Origin: Aliarcobacter cibarius
GTDB lineage: Bacteria > Campylobacterota > Campylobacteria > Campylobacterales > Arcobacteraceae
DNA: 32,000 bases
NCBI RefSeq assembly: GCF_013372265.1
Contig: NZ_CP054051.1
Location: 972,587-1,004,586, forward strand
Direction: 5' to 3'
The position numbers and the translations under genes were made by a program. The first letter of the stretch is position 1. Each line of letters starts with the position of its first letter. This document shows, one piece after another, positions 25,395 through 32,000 of the stretch. Under the pieces are notes generated by a model. The model did not search any database. It had not been told where the DNA came from and saw only the letters and a list, made by a program, of their open reading frames with translations.

Positions 25395-25670
25395 ATTATT
25401 TAACTACTTAAAATACAATATTTATCGAATTATTGTATAAAAGCCTTAAGTTGATTCAATAATTTCTTATAAAGTTTATAAAAAATGTAAAATAAGTATA
25501 GAAAAAATTTATGACAAAAATTTGTTAGTAAAAAAGCATTTGAACATTTTAAACAATATACAGAATAGAATAAATTAATCAAAAGAAAGAATATAAATTT
25601 TGAATTTTTACAACTAAAAATACAAAATATTATAGATTTTTAATTTGGGTGACCCATTGATGAAGTCAGG

Positions 25671-25755
25671 AGCAAATAAAGAAGGACATAGTGAAGCAAA
25701 AAATTCAATTAATCTTATTTGTGATAGTAAACCAGAAATTTGTAAGCAAAAATAG
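25671..25755 (+). pseudogene. Duplicated 3' fragment of the secreted SLR gene (last 28 codons)
   Basis: Identical to 22101-22185 including the TAG stop (25753-25755). There is no 5' part; upstream is the element terminus. Confidence 0.9.
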
Positions 25756-25847
25756 ATTTTTGCTTAACAAATTATAATAGGTGAACTACTTCTTGGAATT
25801 ACTTCTCCAATAATTTTTGCATATCCAAAACTAAGTTCTTCAAGTTC
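25671..25847. repeat. Direct repeat copy 2 (identical to 22101-22277)
   Basis: See copy 1. This copy contains the functional 3' end of selD and a dead duplicate of the SLR gene 3' end. Confidence 0.95.
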
Positions 25848-26801
25848 TTTTATATACTCTTTTGCATCATCTTTATTCATTGATATTAAAAGTCCACCAG
25901 ATGTTTGAGCATCACAAAGTAAAGCTTTATAATACTCTTCTAGATTTTTTAAATATAAAACTTTGTCTTCACAAAATTTCATATTTTTCTTTGTTCCTCC
26001 TGGAATTACACCATCTTTTGCAAAAGTTATAGCTTCTTTTACAAGTGGTATATCATTGCAAGATAAACTAAAAGATATTTCTTCATTTATACATTCAAAA
26101 GCATGTCCTAAAAGACCAAATCCAGTAATATCCGTACAAGAATTTATTCTATATTTTTTCATAATCTTTGATGGCAAATAGTTTAAACTAGCCATAATTT
26201 TTGCGCACTCTTTAATAACAGAAATATCTGTTAAATCTCTTTTTATAGCCGTAGTTAAAACACCCATTCCAAGAGGTTTTGTAAGAACTAACACATCACC
26301 AACTTTTGCACTATTATTTCTAATAACATCGTTTGGATGTATTGTTCCTGTAACACTTAGTCCATAGTACATTTCAGGTGATTCAATAGTATGTCCACCA
26401 AGAAGTGCTCCACCGCACTCTTTGATTTTTTCAAAACCACCTCTTAATATTTCTCCTAGTGCATCTTTTGATAGATTTTTTTTGTCGAAACCTACAATAT
26501 TTAAAGCAGTTTTTACTTCAGCCCCCATTGCAAATACATCACTAAGTGAATTTGCAGCAGCTATTTGCCCATAAATATAGGGGTCATCAACAACAGGTGT
26601 TATAAAATCCAAAGTTTGAACTATTGCTAAATCATCACTTAGTCTAAAAACTCCAGCATCATCACTTGTATCAAATCCTATTAAAACTTGTTCATTTTTG
26701 CCATTTAAGTTACAAAGAGTTTGTTTTAGGTCCGCCGAACCCATCTTTGCTGCTCAACCAGCTGCTTGAACAAATTTAGTTAGTTTATATTCGTTGTTCA
26801 T
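25764..26801 (-). CDS. selD: Selenide, water dikinase (selenophosphate synthetase) SelD, selenocysteine-containing (TGA at 26756-26754 = Sec16)
   Basis: The track ORF starts at ATG 26744. However, the frame continues upstream through a single TGA to ATG 26801-26799, giving MNNEYKLTKFVQAAG-U-AAKMGSADLKQTL. This aligns with E. coli SelD [23 protein letters not shown], with the UGA at the catalytic Cys position. The rest (DDAGVF, LDFITPVVDDPYIYGQIAAANSLSDVFAMG, GGHTI, DITGFGLLGH, DAQTSGGLL) is canonical SelD. Confidence 0.9.
26728..26742 (-). promoter_or_regulatory. Putative bacterial SECIS hairpin for the selD UGA
   Basis: The minus strand reads UGA-GCAGCAAAGAU-GGGUUCGGCGGACCU. This gives a 5-6 bp GC-rich stem (GGUUC/GGACC with one G:U) starting 11-12 nt after the UGA. 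It is the only GC-rich patch in this part of the gene. The fold was done by hand only. Confidence 0.5.
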
Positions 26802-27018
26802 TTATACTTTCTTTCTTTAAAATGACACTATTATACAAGTAGAAGAGTAAAATTTTAGTTAAGAATAGTAAATTATTTTTTACTATTTAAGCATTTACTT
26901 ATAGATTATTTATTAAGATTGTTTTAATTTAAGTTCACAGACCATAGTTATGGTATGACATAAAGAAAGCTCTTTATATCTTCAATTCGAACTAATCAAT
27001 TATAAAGAATAAATTACG

Positions 27019-28110
27019 ATGAAAAGAAGAACATTTTTTAAAACGACTTTTACACTATCAAGTGCTGCATTTTTATATCCAAGTATTGCACTAGCAACTG
27101 AATCAAACCCTTTTGGAATAACTAAAACTCCTAGAAAATTTAAAGTTTCAAATAAATATGAATTTGAACAAACAAAAGAGATTACTCAACTTTGGATACC
27201 ACTTCCAAAAGATGAAGATTATCAAAAAGTTGTAGGTTTTTCATATAATGGAAATTATAGTGAGGCAGAAATTGTAAAAAATCCATACAATACAAGAGTA
27301 TTATATGTAAAATGGAATAATGCAAATGTAAAACCAACTTTAGACCTTGATTTTGCAGTTGTTATGCAAGAAAGATCAACAGATTTTTCTAAAGCTACAT
27401 CAAGTACAATTTATCCTAGTGAAGTAGTAGAATTTTTAAAAGGAACAGAACATATTCCTGTAACTCCTAAACTTACAAAATATGTAAATGAAATAGTAAA
27501 AGGTGCTAACACTTCACTTGAAAAAGCAAAAGCTATTTATAATTGGACAGTATCAACAATGTATAGAGATGAAAGTGTTATTGGTTGTGGTGTTGGTGAT
27601 GCAAAAAAATCAATTGAAGAGAAAATTTATGGTGGAAAATGTACAGATATAAGTTCTGTATTTGTTTGTCTTTTAAGAAATGCAAAAATTCCTGCGCGAG
27701 AGACTTTTGGAATTAGAGTAGGGCAATCAAAAATCTCAAATGCTTGTGGTAAAGCAGATGAGAAAGGTTTTGCAAATATAACAGGTGCTCAACATTGTAG
27801 AGCAGAATTTTACATAGATGGAATTGGTTGGGTTCCTTGTGATCCTGCTGATGTTACAAAAGTAAAATTAGCTGAAAAATTACCAAATGATGATAAAAAA
27901 CTTCAAAATGTTAAAGATTACTTCTTTGGTTCTTGGGAGATGAATTGGGTAGGGTTTAATAGTGCTAGAGATTTTATACTAGAGCCAAAACCAACTCAAT
28001 ATCCTTTAAATATGTTAGGTTATCCTTATGCTGAAGTTGGTGAGGATGCAAAAGATTATTATAATCCTAAAACATTTACATATAGTTATACATCTCAAGA
28101 GATTTTATGA
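27019..28110 (+). CDS. Tat-exported transglutaminase-like (Cys-His-Asp) protein
   Basis: Twin-arginine signal MKRRTFFKTTFTLSSAAFLYPSIALA. Transglutaminase core GGKCTDISSVFVCLLRNAKIPAR, AQHCRAEFY and GWVPCDPAD. Confidence 0.8.
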   Translation: MKRRTFFKTTFTLSSAAFLYPSIALATESNPFGITKTPRKFKVSNKYEFEQTKEITQLWIPLPKDEDYQKVVGFSYNGNYSEAEIVKNPYNTRVLYVKWNNANVKPTLDLDFAVVMQERSTDFSKATSSTIYPSEVVEFLKGTEHIPVTPKLTKYVNEIVKGANTSLEKAKAIYNWTVSTMYRDESVIGCGVGDAKKSIEEKIYGGKCTDISSVFVCLLRNAKIPARETFGIRVGQSKISNACGKADEKGFANITGAQHCRAEFYIDGIGWVPCDPADVTKVKLAEKLPNDDKKLQNVKDYFFGSWEMNWVGFNSARDFILEPKPTQYPLNMLGYPYAEVGEDAKDYYNPKTFTYSYTSQEIL

Positions 28111-28433
28111 AACAAAATAAATTTGTGATAATTGGTGCAGTTTTTACTGCACTATTATCAACTCTTTGTTGTTTACCAGCTTTTATTTTTTTATTTTTTG
28201 GTATTTCAAGTGGGGTACTTAGTTTCTTTACAACTTTGGAGTTTACAAGAATTCCTCTTGCTATTTTAACTATAATATTTTTTGTATTTGCAATTTTAAA
28301 TTTTAGAAAAAAAATAGTTTGCAAATGTAGTAAAAAAGATAGAATAAAACAATCTGTTTATTTTAGTGCATTTCTTGTTTTTATAATATTTCTATTATTT
28401 TATCCTGAAATTTTACCTTTATTTATGGAGTGA
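28107..28433 (+). CDS. MerT-like small membrane protein (3 TM, CC pair in TM1)
   Basis: 108 aa. LSTLCCLPAF matches the MerT TM1 CCLxP motif. A second Cys pair, VCKCS, follows TM2. ATGA overlap with the upstream gene. Confidence 0.65.
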   Translation: MKQNKFVIIGAVFTALLSTLCCLPAFIFLFFGISSGVLSFFTTLEFTRIPLAILTIIFFVFAILNFRKKIVCKCSKKDRIKQSVYFSAFLVFIIFLLFYPEILPLFME

Positions 28434-28437
28434 TTTT

Positions 28438-28710
28438 ATGAGATTCTTTTTAATACTTTTTATATTTTTTAATTTTGCTTTTTCTTCAAATGTATCTATT
28501 TTTAAAGTAGAAGGTATGCATTGTCCTCTGTGTACAACGGCTGTTAAAAAAGCGATTTCAAAACTAGAGGGAGTTGAAAAAGTAAGTGTTAGACTTAATA
28601 CAAAAGAGGTAAGTGTTATTTATAATGAAAAAGTTAAGATAGAAGATATCCTAGCTGCTATAAAAACGACATCATATGAGGGTGTTGAAATCTCTACAAA
28701 AAGTGAGTAA
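28438..28710 (+). CDS. Periplasmic heavy-metal-associated (HMA) domain protein, MerP-like
   Basis: Signal peptide MRFFLILFIFFNFAFS followed by VEGMHCPLCTTAVKKAISKLEGV (GMxCxxC ferredoxin-like fold). Confidence 0.8.
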   Translation: MRFFLILFIFFNFAFSSNVSIFKVEGMHCPLCTTAVKKAISKLEGVEKVSVRLNTKEVSVIYNEKVKIEDILAAIKTTSYEGVEISTKSE

Positions 28711-28711
28711 C

Positions 28712-29377
28712 TTAGATAGTTTCTAAGCTACTTTCATTAAAAATATAAGTCTTATGAGCAGTTTTTGTAAGGATATTTTTATCTGCTAAATCTTTAAATA
28801 GCTTGATTAATGTTGGTTTTGAAATAGAAAATTGTTCCATTATTTCGCTATATGAAGCAAAAAATTGATTTTTTTCATCTAAATTATTGAAAATATATTT
28901 TACTATTTCTACTTGTTTTCCATCACTTATAGCACCAATTGTTTTTATTATATTTTGGTTTTTTCTTAGCTCTTTTTCTTGAACTTTTGGAAGAAGAATA
29001 TCATGTAAAGTTAATAGAAGTTCTTGGATATTTATAGGCTTTACAATATAATTTTCAACTTTTAATTTTATTGCTTCAAGTAAATAATCTGTTTCTGTAT
29101 GAGCTGTAGTAAGAATAGCTGGGATTTCAATATCTTTATTTTTTAAATATTTTAAGAAATTTATACCATTTTCATTTTCAAGTAGAATATCACTTATTAT
29201 TACATCGATATTTTTTTCTAAAATTATATTCATAGCTTCAATAGTTGTTTTTACACTATACAATTCACCTACGAAATCTTCCAAAATATCACTTGTATGT
29301 CTTAATAAATTTTCATCATCTTCAAGGTACAAAACATTAAAGTTTTTTAAAATATCAAATTTTTTACTCATCCTCAT
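28712..29377 (-). CDS. Response regulator (receiver + C-terminal HTH-like domain)
   Basis: Receiver motifs [21 protein letters not shown] and LTTAHTE..VKP. The C-terminal ~70 aa are HTH-like ([19 protein letters not shown]). The stop is 1 nt from the convergent MerP-like stop. Confidence 0.85.
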   Translation of the reverse strand: MRMSKKFDILKNFNVLYLEDDENLLRHTSDILEDFVGELYSVKTTIEAMNIILEKNIDVIISDILLENENGINFLKYLKNKDIEIPAILTTAHTETDYLLEAIKLKVENYIVKPINIQELLLTLHDILLPKVQEKELRKNQNIIKTIGAISDGKQVEIVKYIFNNLDEKNQFFASYSEIMEQFSISKPTLIKLFKDLADKNILTKTAHKTYIFNESSLETI

Positions 29378-30938
29378 CCTTTAGTGGTATTTTTATTACA
29401 AAAGATGTACAAGAAAAAGTTTCATCATCTTTTATTTTATATTTTATATTTTTGCAGCTAATTTGTCCCTTTATATGTTTTTCAATAATTTGTTTTGACA
29501 TATAAAGACCTATTCCTGTTCCTGCACTTTTATATTTTGTTGTGTAGTAAGGTTCAAAAATTTTAGGCATAACATCAGCTGGAATTCCACCACCGTTATC
29601 TATTATATTAACAAATAAAAAATCTTTTTTACTATTCACAACTATTTTTATTATTCTATCATTTTTGTCAACATTGCTAATTAAAGCATCTTTTGAGTTA
29701 CTTATAATATTAAGAAAAACATGTGAGAGCTCATTGTAATAACTAAAAATTTCAATATTCTTTTTGATATTTAATTCTACTTTTATATGCTCTTTATTTA
29801 AGAAATATTTTGAAAGTTCTATTGAGTGTTCGATACAATCTTCTATAAAAAACTTTTTTTTAGCTTTACTTGGATCAAAAAAGTTTTTAAAATCATCAAG
29901 AGTATTTGACATATTTTGTGCTAAAAGTAGTGCATCTTCAGTTTTTTGCTGTACAAATTCACTTGTTAGTTTTCCAAATTGCATTTTAACTTGGAAGCTT
30001 TGAATAATCATACATAAAGAGCCTAAAGGCTGTCTCCATTGATGAGCAATATTATTTAACATCTCTCCTAAGCTTGCAAATCTCGCTTGTTGGAACATAA
30101 TAATATCTTTCTTTCTATTTTTAGCAACTTCTTGAGCAATTTTTAATTCTAAACTATTATTTAACTCTTTTAACTCTTTTGTTTTTTCTTCAACATTTTT
30201 TTCTTGTAAATAATGTATTTGTTTAAAATGCTTTGTAATAAATAAAGACAAAATTATTGAAAAAAAGAATACTATAAAAATGGATATGAATGAGAAAATA
30301 GTAATTATATTAAATACTTTATCAGTATCTCTTTTCTCAGTTATGGCAACTGATAAATCATAGTTCATCAAACTTGCTAAATGTACAGAAATAGAGTTTA
30401 TTTCAAATTTTAATTTTTTAAAATACTCTTCATCTTTTTCATTTCTAATATCTTTTAAAAGTAAATTTATACTTAACATTTTTGAATTAATATTCTTTAT
30501 TATTTCATCTTTTAAAACTTTATTTTCATATAAATTATTTGGATTTAAAACAAATTTCTTAATCCAATTTACAATAAAAAATCTATTTTCTAAACTACTA
30601 TTTTCTTTATATAAATGCCAGTTTTTATCTATGATTTCACTTGCTAGTTTTAATACATCTTTTGCTTGAACAAAATTTAATCTTTTATTCTCAAAATTAT
30701 CTAAAGTGTCTTGAATATTTATCTTATATGAGTCTTTTATATGTTCAAGTTCTATTAAACCTTTTGTTCTTTTTTCAAATAAAATATCAAAATCATTTTT
30801 TAGAGTAAATATTGATATTTGTGACAAAACTATTATACAAAGCATACCACCAGAAATTATAAATATTAAAAATGAAGTTTTATAACTGAATTTCAGATTG
30901 TCAAAATATTTTAGAGTTGTAATTAATAAATTTTTCAT
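29364..30938 (-). CDS. Sensor histidine kinase (2 TM, ~190-aa periplasmic domain)
   Basis: H-box [16 protein letters not shown]-box [13 protein letters not shown]1 IDNGGGIP, G2 GTGIGLYMS. It overlaps the RR gene by 14 nt and the binding-protein gene by 4 nt. Confidence 0.9.
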   Translation of the reverse strand: MKNLLITTLKYFDNLKFSYKTSFLIFIISGGMLCIIVLSQISIFTLKNDFDILFEKRTKGLIELEHIKDSYKINIQDTLDNFENKRLNFVQAKDVLKLASEIIDKNWHLYKENSSLENRFFIVNWIKKFVLNPNNLYENKVLKDEIIKNINSKMLSINLLLKDIRNEKDEEYFKKLKFEINSISVHLASLMNYDLSVAITEKRDTDKVFNIITIFSFISIFIVFFFSIILSLFITKHFKQIHYLQEKNVEEKTKELKELNNSLELKIAQEVAKNRKKDIIMFQQARFASLGEMLNNIAHQWRQPLGSLCMIIQSFQVKMQFGKLTSEFVQQKTEDALLLAQNMSNTLDDFKNFFDPSKAKKKFFIEDCIEHSIELSKYFLNKEHIKVELNIKKNIEIFSYYNELSHVFLNIISNSKDALISNVDKNDRIIKIVVNSKKDFLFVNIIDNGGGIPADVMPKIFEPYYTTKYKSAGTGIGLYMSKQIIEKHIKGQISCKNIKYKIKDDETFSCTSFVIKIPLKDEDE

Positions 30939-32000
30939 TTTAACTCTTTGAAACTATCATTTAAATATTCAAAAAGATATGTTTGATTCAGTAATCTCTT
31001 ATTTTTATAATCAATTTTTATTTCATATAAAAGTTCTTTAGGTGTATTTTTTAATGCTTCCAAAAAGTTGTCTTTGGTTAGGTTGTCATTTGTTCTTTTT
31101 ATTGCATCAACCAAAACTTTTGAAGCCAAAAAACTTTCAAAAGATAAAAATCCAATATTAGAATTTGGTGAATATTTTTTCATAATTTCTTGATACTCTT
31201 GCACAATTTTTAAATTTTTATCATCATAATTTGGAACAACTTGTGAAAAAATTATATTTTCAGTAGATGTTTTTGTAGTTTTTAAATCATTTATAATCGA
31301 ATTTGCATCACTAAAAGATACATTACAAAAAATAGAATCTTTTAAAATATCATCATTTTTTGCTTTTTGAATAAAAAAGCTATTTGCACCATAAGCACCT
31401 ATTAAGATTATTGCTTCAGGATTTGATAGTTTTATCTCATTAAAAGCATGTTCTATTGCTAAGGTATTTCTTTTGTAACTACCTATTGCGACCAAATTTA
31501 GATTTTGTTTTTTTATTATTTCTAAACTAGATATATAGCCTTCTTCTCCATAGTCATCATTTTGATAAAATATTGCAATATTTTCTATATTTTTATTCTT
31601 TAAGTAATCTATTAAATGTTCTAACTCTTGTTTGTATGAGGCCCTAAAATTAATCAAAGTTGATAAGCTTTCATCTTGTAAAAAATTTGCTCCTGAAAAT
31701 GGAGAAAAAAATAAAATATTTTCATCATAAATTGTTGGAAGTATTCTTTTTATTGTTGGTGTTCCAACTATTCCAAAGAAAGCAAAGATATTCTCTTTTT
31801 TTAGTTTTTCTACATTTTCATAAGTTAAATCAGGTTCATATTTATCATCAAGAGTTACAAATTCAATTTTTTTTCCATTTAGCAAATTATTATCATTTGT
31901 ATAAGAAAAATAACTTTTTGTAGATTCTAATACAGCATTTCCCCAAGGTTGCATTAATCCTGTTAAAGGCATTGATGAAGCAATTTGTATATTTTTTAAA
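30935..32000 (-). CDS. Periplasmic ligand-binding protein, LivK/Peripla_BP_6-like (5' end beyond window)
   Basis: The track starts at Met 31972, but the frame is open to position 32000 (..[21 protein letters not shown], the typical PLTG..A..G block of type I PBPs). Alternating beta-alpha pattern, with [14 protein letters not shown]. Confidence 0.75.
   Translation of the reverse strand, partial: LKNIQIASSMPLTGLMQPWGNAVLESTKSYFSYTNDNNLLNGKKIEFVTLDDKYEPDLTYENVEKLKKENIFAFFGIVGTPTIKRILPTIYDENILFFSPFSGANFLQDESLSTLINFRASYKQELEHLIDYLKNKNIENIAIFYQNDDYGEEGYISSLEIIKKQNLNLVAIGSYKRNTLAIEHAFNEIKLSNPEAIILIGAYGANSFFIQKAKNDDILKDSIFCNVSFSDANSIINDLKTTKTSTENIIFSQVVPNYDDKNLKIVQEYQEIMKKYSPNSNIGFLSFESFLASKVLVDAIKRTNDNLTKDNFLEALKNTPKELLYEIKIDYKNKRLLNQTYLFEYLNDSFKELK

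Larger units (their letters stand above)
22278..25670. mobile_element. 3.39-kb IR-bounded composite insertion (about 450 bp of non-coding backbone plus two IS1380-family elements)
   Basis: The termini CCTGACTTCATCA (22277-22289) and TGATGAAGTCAGG (25658-25670) are perfect 13-bp inverted repeats that directly abut the 177-bp duplication. The near-palindrome TGGGTGACCCA sits subterminally in both arms (22355-22365, 25646-25656). Confidence 0.8.

Noticed and set aside
28107-28710. A mercury-resistance (mer) operon
   Set aside because: Only MerT-like and MerP-like genes are present. No merA, merR, merC or merD lies nearby, and the first gene of the unit is an unrelated transglutaminase-like protein.
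25963-31923. ORFs 25963-26181 (+), 28076-28324 (-), 29764-30003 (+) and 31660-31923 (+)
   Set aside because: They are antisense to selD, the transglutaminase/MerT-like genes, the histidine kinase and the binding-protein gene respectively. There is no independent support.

Overview
This is a 32-kb, very AT-rich bacterial chromosomal segment. Its gene content (Sec-decoding genes, Hcp-like Sel1-repeat proteins, an AHQWRQPL-type histidine kinase, tightly overlapping operons) resembles a Campylobacterota genome of the Arcobacter/Aliarcobacter type; the taxon is inference only. Layout: (1) Left edge: selB (partial) and selA on the minus strand, tRNA-Sec (selC) on the plus strand. These are followed by about 1.8 kb of decayed mobile DNA: an integrase N-terminal stub, a 5'-truncated IS630 transposase, a 23-bp iteron-like array, an IS1380-family end fragment, a GC-rich hairpin and a degenerate copy of the tRNA-Sec 3' half. 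(2) 4.6-13.8 kb: one 11-gene minus-strand operon encoding a MacB/FtsX-type ABC transporter, a heme-copper-oxidase-like membrane protein that lacks the helix-VII HH copper ligands, YceI, a metallophosphoesterase, an OmpR/HK pair, a PAP2 phosphatase and DgkA. (3) 14.0-17.6 kb: a plus-strand redox cluster (NOX/FRE-type flavocytochrome, small membrane protein, LMW-PTP, SRPBCC protein, Cys-type glutathione peroxidase). (4) 17.7-20.8 kb: overlapping PIN-PhoH2 ATPase and SAMHD1-like HD phosphohydrolase genes. (5) 20.9-22.2 kb: two Sel1-repeat proteins. (6) 22.3-25.7 kb: a 3.39-kb IR-bounded insertion carrying two diverged IS1380-family elements in tandem, flanked by a perfect 176/177-bp direct duplication of the convergent gene ends. 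(7) 25.8-26.8 kb: selD, itself a selenoprotein (in-frame TGA plus SECIS-like hairpin; the ORF track truncates it). (8) 27.0-28.7 kb: a Tat-exported transglutaminase-like protein with MerT-like and MerP-like genes. (9) 28.7-32.0 kb: response regulator, histidine kinase and periplasmic binding protein (partial). The most unusual items are the 177-bp flanking duplication, the 11-gene envelope operon with the oxidase homologue lacking CuB ligands, and the PhoH2-HD pair. All homology calls are by-eye motif recognition; no searches were run.
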